Source of the DNA: Actinomycetota bacterium
GTDB taxonomy: Bacteria; Actinomycetota; Actinomycetes; S36-B12; UBA5976
Length of the DNA stretch: 64,000 bases
Assembly: GCA_009923495.1 (NCBI GenBank)
Contig: RFTJ01000002.1
Location: 65,898 to 129,897 of the forward strand
Reading direction: 5' to 3'
Below are positions 18,563 through 27,881 of this stretch, one piece after another (position 1 is the first letter of the stretch; the number at the start of each line of letters is the position of its first letter). The notes below the pieces were generated by a model that worked only from the letters and a program-made list of their open reading frames with translations, was not told the origin of the DNA and did no database searches. The position numbers were made by a program, and so were the translations under genes.

Positions 18563-19039
18563 CTAAGAAAAGTCTTCTGGCTTGATCTGGTCCAGAAACT
18601 CGCGAAATTGCTCCAACTCTGTGTCGGTGTCGGATTCCTGCTCCTGCTCAGAAACGAATTGTCCAGCCGTGGCCATTACGTCATCACTGACATAAATCGG
18701 CACATCGGCTCTAATTGCCAAAGCCACTGCATCAGATGGTCGAGCACTTACTGCGTCATGGGTGCTGAACTGCAGGACGGCATAAAACACACCGTCTTGA
18801 AGTTCGGTCACCTCAACGCTTACCAGTTTTTCAGAAAAATCGGTGATTACATTGAGTAATAAATCGTGCGTCATCGGCCTGCTTACCGCAACTCCATCAA
18901 GGGCCATTGAGATTGCACTAGCTTCGGGCATCCCGATCCACAGTGGCAGAAATCTAGGGCTATCAATCTCGCGCAAAATCAATACTGGCTGGTTAGATGG
19001 GAACTCGATCCGAACGCCGACAACTTCTACCTGAACCAT
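18563..19039 (-). CDS. Bifunctional nuclease family protein (DUF151, Mtb Rv1829-like)
   Basis: 158 aa with VLILREIDSPRFLPLWIGMPEASAI and an acidic C-terminal tail. Conserved position between the two MerR genes. Confidence 0.8.
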   Translation of the reverse strand: MVQVEVVGVRIEFPSNQPVLILREIDSPRFLPLWIGMPEASAISMALDGVAVSRPMTHDLLLNVITDFSEKLVSVEVTELQDGVFYAVLQFSTHDAVSARPSDAVALAIRADVPIYVSDDVMATAGQFVSEQEQESDTDTELEQFREFLDQIKPEDFS

Positions 19040-19060
19040 ATGGCTAGTTTATGCCAGAAG

Positions 19061-19792
19061 TTAAAGTTGTTCGTCCAAAATTTGTCGGAGCACTAGTTCG
19101 TGCAGGCGCAAAAGTGCGTTTGAAATTTGTAGTGCCAGTTCAGCAACCTCTGCATTTGAGGCACCATTTCTACCGGAACGCGCAGCAGTTATCAGCGGAG
19201 CGAACAAATCAATTTCTCTACCGGCTGAAGACTTCACAGTTTTCAGGTGTCTTGGCTCTAAACCAAATCCTGCTAGCAAGCCAGCCGTTTCGACAATCGT
19301 CAAATCTCTGCCACTAAATAGTCCTTGCTCATCTGGTCTGATAAGACTGAAAGTTAGCAGATCCTTAACCAGGTCCTCAGCTTGCCCAGAATTTTCCAAT
19401 AACTCTTCACGAGTAAGTCGAACCGCCTTAACATTGGCAGACTCAACCAAGCTGTCGGTACTAACCAGCGCACGAGGAGGTTTGGGCGTGACATCTCCAA
19501 CGGCTGGTGGTTCAAGCCCTCGATCCATGGCTTCGATGTGGTTCTTAATGACCTTCAAGGGAAGGAAATGATCCCGTTGCATGCGCAGAATGTAGCGAAG
19601 TCTCTCAACATCAATAAGACTGAACTTGCGGTACCCACTTGCAGTGCGAGTTGGCGTTATCAGCTCATGGGTTTCCAGGAACCTGATTTTCGAAATAGTT
19701 ATTTCGGGAAACTCTTCGGAAATTCGGTTAATTACCTCACCGATTGTAAATAGTGCATGACCAGATGCAGTGCGCGGAAACTCTTGTGCCAT
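19061..19792 (-). CDS. MerR-family transcriptional regulator, FtsR/Rv1828-like
   Basis: FTIGEVINRISEEFPEITISKIRFLETHELITPTRTASGYRKFSLIDVERLRYILRMQRDHFLPLKVIK. Lies immediately downstream of the garA-like gene, as in Corynebacterium and Mycobacterium. Confidence 0.85.
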   Translation of the reverse strand: MAQEFPRTASGHALFTIGEVINRISEEFPEITISKIRFLETHELITPTRTASGYRKFSLIDVERLRYILRMQRDHFLPLKVIKNHIEAMDRGLEPPAVGDVTPKPPRALVSTDSLVESANVKAVRLTREELLENSGQAEDLVKDLLTFSLIRPDEQGLFSGRDLTIVETAGLLAGFGLEPRHLKTVKSSAGREIDLFAPLITAARSGRNGASNAEVAELALQISNALLRLHELVLRQILDEQL

Positions 19793-19797
19793 GTGAA

Positions 19798-20286
19798 TTA
19801 GGCCTGACTCTGGTTTGCAATGAAAACTAGGCGATACTTACCTATTTGCACATCGTCATTATTTGCTAGCACCACTGAGTTGACCAGCCGTCGATTGACG
19901 TAAGTTCCGTTGAGGCTGCCAGAGTCAGTTAGAACCCAGCCCTGAGTCGTGAAAGTTAAAGTAGCATGCTGGCGGGAAACGGTTACGTCGTCCAAAAAGA
20001 TGGAACTCTCTGGTGAGCGGCCGATTGTTACTGACTCAGGATTAGTTGCCGTCAAGGTGAAGCGAACACCTTCTAAACTTCCCCGAGTCACCACCAGCAC
20101 TGCGTTGCTACCGGCCAACTCAGCGAAGTGCACTGGATTGACGATCGGTACTTCGGTGGTTTCAACTACATTAGCGATGTCGTAAATGCCTGTTGTTTGC
20201 GTGGTTGTTGGCATGGCGGCGCCGCAAGATGAACAAAAACGGGCACCCGGCTCGTTCTCATGCTCACACATCGAACAACTGGTCAT
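19798..20286 (-). CDS. garA: FHA-domain regulator of the GarA/OdhI type with an N-terminal zinc-ribbon
   Basis: The FHA core GRSPESSIFLDDVTVSRQHATL...GSLNGTYVNRRLV...DDVQIGKYRLVF aligns with Mtb GarA. The VETTEV motif resembles the GarA VETTSV phospho-site. The N-terminus CSMCEHENEPGARFCSSCG is CxxC-x10-CxxC. Confidence 0.85.
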   Translation of the reverse strand: MTSCSMCEHENEPGARFCSSCGAAMPTTTQTTGIYDIANVVETTEVPIVNPVHFAELAGSNAVLVVTRGSLEGVRFTLTATNPESVTIGRSPESSIFLDDVTVSRQHATLTFTTQGWVLTDSGSLNGTYVNRRLVNSVVLANNDDVQIGKYRLVFIANQSQA

Positions 20287-20301
20287 TTTGGCCTTCCAAT
20301 A

Positions 20302-20688
20302 TCAACCTGTGATTTGTTGATACGCTACCGCGTCTAACAGCTCTGCGACAGCAACTTCAGCATTTTCGACAATTATGTCGGCTAGCCACCCAGACGCATA
20401 AGGATCCGAGTTAATCACTTCGGGCGCGGTCTCCACTGCGTCATTTCGGGCCGCTACCTTGCCAGAAACTGGAGCAAATATATCGCTCACGCTTTTAGTG
20501 GATTCTACTTCCCCACAATGTGCTCCAGCTGTAACGTTCTGTCCGACCGACGGCAAACTCACAAAAACTATGTCACCAAGTGCATCTTGCGCATAATCGG
20601 TGATACCAAATCGAACCGTAGTTGCATCTAGTACCTGAACCCATTCGTGTTCCGCGGTGTACTTCAAATCGCTAGGTATATTCGCCAT
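20302..20688 (-). CDS. gcvH: Glycine cleavage system H protein
   Basis: 128 aa. YTAEHEWV and the lipoyl-lysine motif GEVESTKSVSD. Confidence 0.95.
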   Translation of the reverse strand: MANIPSDLKYTAEHEWVQVLDATTVRFGITDYAQDALGDIVFVSLPSVGQNVTAGAHCGEVESTKSVSDIFAPVSGKVAARNDAVETAPEVINSDPYASGWLADIIVENAEVAVAELLDAVAYQQITG

Positions 20689-20712
20689 GGCTTAAGCGTA
20701 CGGCATGTGGGA

Positions 20713-21441
20713 TTAAGGGGTCTGCAGCGGTACCGTAGCCGTGATTTCCACATCTGGTTGCTCGGCGATAACGACTCGACCGGCACCGTCCTCAACTCTA
20801 GCCACGAGCCCGCCGGGAATTCTAAGCGCCGGGCTAAGTACTGAGCTATCGCCAATCACACTAATTACCAGCGGTAATCTCAATTCGGTGCCGGACACAG
20901 AGACACCTGTTTCCGTGTCAGCAAACCAGGTGTTTGCCACCACCCGTACCGATTCTTGCGCATCTGCTATTTGAATTGCAGTTGCACCTGCATCTCGTAA
21001 CTCTTGAATAGCGTCTAACAGCGTTGTGGCAGTCAGATTACGCGAAATCGTCACTGTGATGCCAGCGGCAACAATTTTCTGCGTGCCGGCCAATTGGGCT
21101 AATGCTGCTGCTCGGCGCTTCGCCTCAGTAATCGCTTGATATTCGCTACCGCCAAGCAGAGTTTGCCTGGCACTTTCGAGTCGAGACACTTCAGCCTGAA
21201 GTCGAGCTTCACGGCCGGAAAGGTCGTCTAGTACAGCTACGAGATCAGTCTGTCGAGCGTTGGCTAGAACTGAGCTTGCAGTTGAGCCGCTGATCGCCGC
21301 AGTAGTGGCAAAGCCAAGTAATACAAAAATAGTAGTAATCAAAATTTGCGTCTGATTTAGTTGTGGCGCAAGTGAGCGGCGTAACCGTAGTCGGGCTATG
21401 CGACCGGTTCGAGCGGGTCGATGTTTTGGATGCGCTGCCAT
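20713..21441 (-). CDS. DUF881 domain membrane protein (Rv1825-like)
   Basis: Basic N-terminus, one TM helix, a coiled segment and a C-terminal DUF881-like region. Part of the conserved DUF881-SBP-DUF881 triad. Confidence 0.75.
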   Translation of the reverse strand: MAAHPKHRPARTGRIARLRLRRSLAPQLNQTQILITTIFVLLGFATTAAISGSTASSVLANARQTDLVAVLDDLSGREARLQAEVSRLESARQTLLGGSEYQAITEAKRRAAALAQLAGTQKIVAAGITVTISRNLTATTLLDAIQELRDAGATAIQIADAQESVRVVANTWFADTETGVSVSGTELRLPLVISVIGDSSVLSPALRIPGGLVARVEDGAGRVVIAEQPDVEITATVPLQTP

Positions 21442-21442
21442 G

Positions 21443-21775
21443 CTAAGCCTTTAGCAGATGTCGACGAATAGCGGCGACGTTAGCAAAGATGCGCATAGAC
21501 AAAACCACTACGACACCCGTTGACATCTGCGAACCTACTCCAAGCTGGTCACCGAGAAATACGATGACTGCTGCCACTACCACATTGGAGAGAAATGAGA
21601 TAACAAAAATTCGGTCGTTGAAAATGCCATCAAGAACCGACCGAAGTGCGCCGAAGACTGCATCAAGTGCCGCTACTACCGCAATCGGCAAATAAGGTTG
21701 GAACCAAAGTGGAACTGTCGGCCGTAGAACTAGACCCAAAATTATGCCCACAATCAGACCGAGAGCCGGGATCAT
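21443..21775 (-). CDS. Small basic membrane protein (DUF1290, Rv1824-like)
   Basis: 110 aa with 3-4 TM helices, sandwiched between the two DUF881 genes. Confidence 0.75.
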   Translation of the reverse strand: MIPALGLIVGIILGLVLRPTVPLWFQPYLPIAVVAALDAVFGALRSVLDGIFNDRIFVISFLSNVVVAAVIVFLGDQLGVGSQMSTGVVVVLSMRIFANVAAIRRHLLKA

Positions 21776-22566
21776 TAGTTGCCTCCTAGGTAGACAGTGC
21801 TGGTAGCGGCCGGAATGGTCGCCTCGCCAATGGTTGCTATGTTCCAGAGTACGCCGTACTTGCTGGCTAACTCTTCAAGCAAGAGTCCAGCGACACCATC
21901 TCGGAAATTGCCTGCTGTGGCGTCCGCTGAATCACTTATCGCAACGATGCGATAAGGCGGTGATAGTGGGCGATAGTCCACCAATATTGCCTCCCCCGCA
22001 TTTCGGATTGCCGACGATGCTGTCAGTCGCTGGCCGTTTACCGCAATCCCCTTAGCTCCAGCTGCCCACAAACCGTTTACTACAGCCTGCACATCACCGT
22101 CTAAAACTCTGCCAGGTTCTGCTACTCCTGCTGGAACTGAGAGGTCTGTTGGCGCATCGCTCAAAGTCACTTGTAGTCCAGGACCAGTTAACGGTGTGAA
22201 GCCGGTTGCTCGACGAAGTATCTCTAAACGTTTTTGTGCTTGTTCCCCCAGAGATGTTCCCGCTAGGTGCGCGCTTTCGGCGGCTGCTAGATCCGCGTTG
22301 GACTGAATTACTTGACGCTGGGCCGTCGCGACTCGTTTGTCAGCTGCCTGAATACGCTCTATCAGCGCCTCACGAGTGGCAGTTACTACATCACTATGGG
22401 TTCGCTTCTCAATGACCGCAGCGACGAAGGTTAGTGCCAGTCCAGTAGCACAAAGAGCGGCCAGTGCTTTTATGGTTCTGGAAGTATGTCTATCAGCGTT
22501 GAGCGCTTGATAATCTGAAGCGACTGCGTCGGCTAACAGAGCATCGAGTGACGGGTTACTACTCAA
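21775..22566 (-). CDS. DUF881 domain membrane protein (Rv1823-like)
   Basis: Paralogous architecture to 20713-21441. Synteny supports the call. Confidence 0.75.
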   Translation of the reverse strand: MSSNPSLDALLADAVASDYQALNADRHTSRTIKALAALCATGLALTFVAAVIEKRTHSDVVTATREALIERIQAADKRVATAQRQVIQSNADLAAAESAHLAGTSLGEQAQKRLEILRRATGFTPLTGPGLQVTLSDAPTDLSVPAGVAEPGRVLDGDVQAVVNGLWAAGAKGIAVNGQRLTASSAIRNAGEAILVDYRPLSPPYRIVAISDSADATAGNFRDGVAGLLLEELASKYGVLWNIATIGEATIPAATSTVYLGGN

Positions 22567-23134
22567 GATGATCCTTAACTGTAACTAAACCTCGGTATTG
22601 AACGGCATAAAGGAAGGCGCCGTACCAATACAAGGCTAACCCCCAAATTAGAAAAGCCGTGGCAACATAATGCGAGATTTCACCCAGTTTGCTGTCGAAT
22701 GTTCCAAGTAAGACCAATGGAAAAGCCCACAGTAAATTCATCGTTGCCGCTTTTCCGACAAAATGTACGGGAAATCCTGAGTAACCCCTCCTCTTGAGCA
22801 GTGCAAGCAGGATTGTCATAAAAAAATCGCGACCTAAGAACGCCAGAAGCAAGAAGATCGACAGCTCCTTGTTAACCACAAGCGCAACGATGGCTGCAGT
22901 TACATAAAGTCGATCAACAAGCGGGTCGAGTAATTCGCCGATTCTAGTGCGCTGATTTAATCTCCTAGCCGCATAGCCATCTAGCCAGTCAGTCGCACCG
23001 CTGGCGAACAACACAACGATTGCAAGTCCGTAGTTTTGGCGAAAAACTATCAGCCAATAGAAATAAGGTACTCCAATTAGCCGCAACACACTCAGGCTAT
23101 TGGGAACATTAAAGTTTCCACTTTTCATTCTCAA
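22559..23134 (-). CDS. CDP-alcohol phosphatidyltransferase (PgsA2 / actinobacterial cardiolipin synthase-like)
   Basis: Signature DGYAARRLNQRTRIGELLDPLVDR (D-G-x2-A-R-x8-G-x3-D-x3-D). Multi-TM protein. Confidence 0.85.
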   Translation of the reverse strand: MRMKSGNFNVPNSLSVLRLIGVPYFYWLIVFRQNYGLAIVVLFASGATDWLDGYAARRLNQRTRIGELLDPLVDRLYVTAAIVALVVNKELSIFLLLAFLGRDFFMTILLALLKRRGYSGFPVHFVGKAATMNLLWAFPLVLLGTFDSKLGEISHYVATAFLIWGLALYWYGAFLYAVQYRGLVTVKDHLE

Positions 23135-23704
23135 CTATTGACCCAATTCAGCAATTACCGATTCGGCAACTGCCCTAACCGAGAGTCGTTTGTCCATAGC
23201 AGCCTTCTGTAGCCAGCGGAAAGCTTGCTGCTCATCTAATGAGAGCTTTGATTGCAGAAGGCCCTTTGCCCGATCTAGTATCTTTCTCGTCTCGAGAGAC
23301 TCAGCAAGACTATCGCGCTGAGCGCCAAGTGATTTTAGATCCGCAAATCGACTAATGGCAATCTCGATTGCTGCGACTACATCTGCTTCGGTGAATGGCT
23401 TCATGACATAGCCCATAACACCTGCACTACCTGCCTGTGCGATGACATCGGCCTGACCAAAGGCAGTGACAAGAACGACTGGAATGTGCTCACGAATGTT
23501 ATGAGCAACTTCAATGCCGTCAAGAAGCGGCATTTTGACATCTAGGACGGCGACATCAGGTGCTAACTCTTTTATCGCCTGTAGGGCGGCCTTTCCGTCA
23601 CTGGCCTGACCTACAACTTCGTAGCCAGCGTGTTCGAGCAACTCCACGAGGTCCATGCGAATTATTGCTTCGTCATCTGCAACGACTACCCGAGTTCTAG
23701 TCAT
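23135..23704 (-). CDS. pdtaR: ANTAR-domain response regulator PdtaR
   Basis: REC domain (VVVADDEAIIR, VAVLDVKMP) plus C-terminal ANTAR (ILDRAKGLLQSKLSLDEQQAFRWLQKAAMDKRLSVRAVAESVI). Confidence 0.9.
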   Translation of the reverse strand: MTRTRVVVADDEAIIRMDLVELLEHAGYEVVGQASDGKAALQAIKELAPDVAVLDVKMPLLDGIEVAHNIREHIPVVLVTAFGQADVIAQAGSAGVMGYVMKPFTEADVVAAIEIAISRFADLKSLGAQRDSLAESLETRKILDRAKGLLQSKLSLDEQQAFRWLQKAAMDKRLSVRAVAESVIAELGQ

Positions 23705-23756
23705 AGACCTAGCCTATGTGCACAACACCCCTTCAGCACGATAACCTAGAAGTCAC

Positions 23757-23830
23757 GCCCTGGTACTCCAACTGGTAGAGAGCGCGGTCTCAAACACCGT
23801 TCAGTGTGGGTTCGAATCCCACCCAGGGCA
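23757..23830 (+). tRNA. tRNA of 74 nt; the hand fold gives anticodon CAA (Leu codon UUG) on a class I (5-nt variable loop) body, so isotype is uncertain
   Basis: Acceptor GCCCTGG/CCAGGGC, discriminator A, no encoded CCA. D arm CTCC-AACTGGTAG-AGAG. Anticodon stem GCGGT/ACCGT with loop CTCAAAC. Variable loop TCAGT. T arm GTGGG-TTCGAAT-CCCAC. Confidence 0.85.
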
Positions 23831-24229
23831 CTACAAGCTCGAAATATTTGATCTGGTTAGGGCAATTTGACCCAACAATCCATTCAGAAATTTCGCTGAC
23901 TGTTCGGTGCTTAAACTTTCAGCAATCTCCATAGCCTCTGCGACAATCACACCCGTGTCCAAATCTTGTTTCCAGGACAATTCAGCAACCGCAACACGAG
24001 CTATAGCCCGGTCAAGTGCAGGCATCCGGTTTATCGTACGTTCCGTTAGGTGTGTTGAGATTAATTCATCTATTCGGCCCAAATTTGCCGTGACCAGGTC
24101 TACAAGCTCAGTGGCGTACTCGTTTACTTCAGGATTGCGCTCAAGGACAGATTGCGCGGATACCGAGCGTTGCTCGCTTTCAAATAGCGCTTCAATCGCT
24201 CTTGAGCGCGCCTTACTTCTGGTTCGCAC
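23831..24229 (-). CDS. nusB: Transcription antitermination factor NusB
   Basis: 132 aa. RSKARSRAIEALFESE, ANLGRIDELI, and a typical NusB helical fold. Upstream of it lies efp, as in Mtb. Confidence 0.9.
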   Translation of the reverse strand: MRTRSKARSRAIEALFESEQRSVSAQSVLERNPEVNEYATELVDLVTANLGRIDELISTHLTERTINRMPALDRAIARVAVAELSWKQDLDTGVIVAEAMEIAESLSTEQSAKFLNGLLGQIALTRSNISSL

Positions 24230-24790
24230 TTAATTGACACGTCCAAGGTAGGAACCGTCTCGGGTATCCACTTTTACCTTGGTGTCTGATTCCAGAAATA
24301 GGGGAACTTTAATTTCTGCACCTGTCTCAAGTGTTGCCGGTTTTGTCCCGGCACTGGATCGATCACCCTGCAAACCTGGTTCGGTGTACACCACCATCAA
24401 TTCCACACTGGCAGGAAGTTCGACATACAGCGGCACACCCTCATGTATAGCCACTACGGCTTCTTGGTTCTCGAGCAGGTATTTTGCTGCGTCTGCGACT
24501 GTGACATCAGAAACTGGATATTGGTCGTATGATTCCAAATCCATAAACACCCAATCGGTGCCATCTCGGTACAAGTACTGCATGTTTCGCTTGTCCACAT
24601 TTGCGGTCTCAACAGAAACGCCAGCGTTGAAGGTCTTGTCCACCACTTTGCCCGACAGAACATTCTTCAATTTGGTGCGAACAAATGCCGGACCTTTGCC
24701 AGGCTTAACGTGCTGAAATTCGACCACCGTCCAAAGCTGACCGTCGATGTTGAGCACAAGGCCGTTCTTCAAATCATTAGTACTTGCCAC
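24230..24790 (-). CDS. efp: Elongation factor P
   Basis: [20 protein letters not shown]...[18 protein letters not shown]. Confidence 0.96.
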   Translation of the reverse strand: MASTNDLKNGLVLNIDGQLWTVVEFQHVKPGKGPAFVRTKLKNVLSGKVVDKTFNAGVSVETANVDKRNMQYLYRDGTDWVFMDLESYDQYPVSDVTVADAAKYLLENQEAVVAIHEGVPLYVELPASVELMVVYTEPGLQGDRSSAGTKPATLETGAEIKVPLFLESDTKVKVDTRDGSYLGRVN

Positions 24791-24804
24791 GCTGGTCTCC
24801 TTGG

Positions 24805-25860
24805 TTACTTCCCTATTTCTATTAAGTCGTATGAGTAATCAGTTAAAGTTCGGTAACCATAACTAGTTACAACCACAGTATCCTCGATTCGAACGCCACC
24901 TTGGTCCGGGAAGTAAAGACCGGGTTCGACGGTTAATACAGTGCCTGGGTCAAGTGTATCGTCAAGTTTGTTCGATAAGAATGGGTCCTCGTGTATCTCC
25001 AGCCCTACCCCATGTCCAAGTCCATGACCGAAGTTAGTTAAGAGCCCAGCTTTCTCGAATTCCACCATCGTAGGCTTCACCACCTCGCTGGCTGTGACAC
25101 CACCTGTTAGAACTGATCTCGAATTTGTTTGAGCCGATAGCACCAAGGAATAAAGATCCTGTTGCCATTGATTAGGCTTGCCAGCCACGAATGTTCTGGT
25201 GCAGTCGCTGTGATAGCCCGACACTCTTGCACCGAAATCAATTTTTAGTAAGTCACCTTGACTGAGCGCTCGACCTGTTGGCTGGTGGTGCGCAATAGCA
25301 CTATTTGGACCAGAGGCTACGATTGTTTCAAAACCGATTGCTTCAGCGCCTAAATTTAACATCTCAAATTCAAGTAAGCGAGCAATCTCTCTCTCGGTGC
25401 GTCCAATCAAATTAATTGAAGTTACCTGGTTCAGGGCGGACGTTGCGATCTGGCAAGCCTGTTCGATCAAAGCAATCTCGTTTTCATCTTTTACTACTCG
25501 AAAAGACTCAATGCCTACAGCTGAAACTTTTATCCGATTTGGTGCAAGCAAATCACTTAGTCGATTAAAGGCACCAACTGTTAGGTGGCGCGCTTCTATT
25601 TGCAGGTCACTTCCCTTGGCAAGTTCAGCTGCCCCCTTGAATAGGTCAGACGAAATCACGATATTGACGTCAAAACATTCTGAACTTGCTTGAATCGCAT
25701 AACGACTGTCAGTGAACAATGTGGCATCTGATTGAGTCAACAAAACTATGCCATTTGAGCCACTGTAACCACTTAGATATCGAACATTCGCAGGCTTAGT
25801 AACCAGCAGTGCTTCGTCAGCGGGCAATACATCTTGAACACGGGTAATTCTTGAGGTCAT
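24805..25860 (-). CDS. pepQ: M24 family Xaa-Pro aminopeptidase
   Basis: [32 protein letters not shown]. Position between efp and aroQ as in Mtb. Confidence 0.88.
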   Translation of the reverse strand: MTSRITRVQDVLPADEALLVTKPANVRYLSGYSGSNGIVLLTQSDATLFTDSRYAIQASSECFDVNIVISSDLFKGAAELAKGSDLQIEARHLTVGAFNRLSDLLAPNRIKVSAVGIESFRVVKDENEIALIEQACQIATSALNQVTSINLIGRTEREIARLLEFEMLNLGAEAIGFETIVASGPNSAIAHHQPTGRALSQGDLLKIDFGARVSGYHSDCTRTFVAGKPNQWQQDLYSLVLSAQTNSRSVLTGGVTASEVVKPTMVEFEKAGLLTNFGHGLGHGVGLEIHEDPFLSNKLDDTLDPGTVLTVEPGLYFPDQGGVRIEDTVVVTSYGYRTLTDYSYDLIEIGK

Positions 25861-26288
25861 AGCAAAGTAGACAAAGCCTGAAGTCCAAGGAGATATGATT
25901 GAGCGCCAAATCCCGCTATTGTGCCCGTGGCAACTCCAGACACCAGTGAAGTGTGTCGAAATTCCTCTCTTGCCAGCGGATTACTCAAGTGAACTTCAAT
26001 TAGTGGGCTGGTCAACATGGCAGCTGCATCTCGGATGGCAACCGAAGTATGTGTGTAGGCGGCTGGATTTATGATTACTGGCAAATTATCTGCGGCAGCT
26101 TCTTGAAGCCAATTGATTAGATCTACTTCGTCATTTGACTGGCGAAAATCAACTTCCAGTCCAAGTTGCTGGCCATATGTCATGCATGCCGATTCAATAT
26201 CAGCCAAAGATTGACTGCCATAGACCTCTGGCTCACGTTGTCCAAGACGATTCAGGTTAGGACCATTAAGAACAAGTACTCTAGGCAT
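25857..26288 (-). CDS. aroQ: Type II 3-dehydroquinate dehydratase
   Basis: VLVLNGPNLNRLGQREPEVYG, NPAAYTHTSVAIRDA, EVHLSN. Confidence 0.95.
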   Translation of the reverse strand: MPRVLVLNGPNLNRLGQREPEVYGSQSLADIESACMTYGQQLGLEVDFRQSNDEVDLINWLQEAAADNLPVIINPAAYTHTSVAIRDAAAMLTSPLIEVHLSNPLAREEFRHTSLVSGVATGTIAGFGAQSYLLGLQALSTLL

Positions 26289-27369
26289 ATCGCTCCCCTT
26301 TTGCCGTTAGTTCGTAGGCTGCATAAAGTGCGGACAGGTCAGGCCCTTCTAGCAGGCGTGGCCTCGCCACATCCTCAAGGACGACAAATCTCAATAAGTC
26401 GCCCCGAGATTTCTTATCGATGCGCATGGCCGCGTACAGGTCGTCCCAGTTGTCCGACCGGTACGAAGTTGGCAGACCGACTTCACGTAGAATTCTGATG
26501 TGTCGGTCCCGGATTTCAGCTGAAAGAACTCCGCAAAGATGAGCTAAGTGGGCCACGTAAACCATCCCGACTGATACTGCCGCTCCGTGTCGCCATCGGT
26601 AGCCCTCGGCTCGCTCTATCGCGTGTCCAAAAGTATGACCGTAATTTAGAATCTCTCGACCAACAGATGTACCTAAAGTTTCCTTAAGGTCTGTGCTCAC
26701 CACATCAGCCTTCACCTGGATTGCCCGCTCAATTATCTGTGCCGTATGTTCCCACTCGGAACTTGATGCACCCGCTGGACTACCTTCGATGAGTTCTAGA
26801 ATTTTTGGGTCGCGGATGAAACCTGTCTTGATAATCTCTGCTAGTCCACTTATGTAGTCATCCCGCGGAAGCGACTTCAGAGCATCCAAATCACATAGCA
26901 CTGCAACAGGAGAATGAAAAGAGCCAACAAGATTTTTACCTGATTCGGTATTGATACCAGTCTTTCCACCAACAGCAGCATCGACCATGCCAAGCAAAGT
27001 TGTAGGGATGTGTAGCACTTTAATGCCGCGTAACCAAGTTGCAGCGACAAAGCCTGCAAGATCTGTAGTAGCGCCGCCACCTAGCGAGATAATTAAGTCG
27101 TTTCGGGTAAAGCCTGCTTGACCCAATTTGGTCCAACAGAATTCGACGACAGAAGAATTCTTTGCTGCCTCACCATCGGGAATCTCAAGCGCACTCACTG
27201 TTACCCCGGCTAAAGAACTCCGCAGGAATTCCACAGTCAGCCTTAAAGCCGCCGGATAAATGATCGCAACGCGATCAACTCCTGTTAAGAAATTCGCAAC
27301 CTGTCCAAATAGTCCTCGGCCAACTATCACGGGGTATGAGACATCCGCATGCACTTCTATCGTCTTCAT
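26281..27369 (-). CDS. aroB: 3-dehydroquinate synthase
   Basis: GGGATTDLAGFVAATWLRGI, VDAAVGGKTGIN, NYGHTFGHAIE. Confidence 0.95.
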   Translation of the reverse strand: MKTIEVHADVSYPVIVGRGLFGQVANFLTGVDRVAIIYPAALRLTVEFLRSSLAGVTVSALEIPDGEAAKNSSVVEFCWTKLGQAGFTRNDLIISLGGGATTDLAGFVAATWLRGIKVLHIPTTLLGMVDAAVGGKTGINTESGKNLVGSFHSPVAVLCDLDALKSLPRDDYISGLAEIIKTGFIRDPKILELIEGSPAGASSSEWEHTAQIIERAIQVKADVVSTDLKETLGTSVGREILNYGHTFGHAIERAEGYRWRHGAAVSVGMVYVAHLAHLCGVLSAEIRDRHIRILREVGLPTSYRSDNWDDLYAAMRIDKKSRGDLLRFVVLEDVARPRLLEGPDLSALYAAYELTAKGERYA

Positions 27370-27881
27370 AATCCTGCCTGACTAGAATTCATGCTCTTCA
27401 TTATTTCAGCCACAACTTCATCTGGAGTTAACTCAGATGTTTCTACTTGGTGTTTTGCAACCTCGCGATACAAAGGTTCCCTAGCTTGCATAAGATCGGC
27501 CAGTTGCCCCCGAACATTACCTAGTAGCAAAGGGCGGTTGCGATTTAAGCCAACGCGACTGACGGCCTTAGCTAGGTTGGCGACTAGCCAAATGGTCTGG
27601 CTATTTGCAACCAGTTTTCGGGTGTCCTGATTAAGCAGAGCTCCACCGCCTAATGAGAGCACTTTGCCATCGCCTTTAAGCAAATCGGCGATAACCGTAG
27701 CCTCTAAGTCTCGGAATGTTTGTTCGCCGTCCTGAGTAAAGATTTCGGAAACTGTCTTGCCTGCGAGTCGTTCTATTTCAAAATCGCTATCAAAGAATGG
27801 TCGCTCGAGAGCCTGACCAAGTAAGCGACCCACTGTTGTCTTGCCTGCCCCTGGTACTCCTACGAGCACAATGTTAGTCAC
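27366..27881 (-). CDS. aroK: Shikimate kinase
   Basis: P-loop [12 protein letters not shown]. Start moved to the GTG at 27881, which overlaps the aroC stop (cGTGACTAA). The track ORF extends to 27950. Confidence 0.9.
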   Translation of the reverse strand: MTNIVLVGVPGAGKTTVGRLLGQALERPFFDSDFEIERLAGKTVSEIFTQDGEQTFRDLEATVIADLLKGDGKVLSLGGGALLNQDTRKLVANSQTIWLVANLAKAVSRVGLNRNRPLLLGNVRGQLADLMQAREPLYREVAKHQVETSELTPDEVVAEIMKSMNSSQAGL

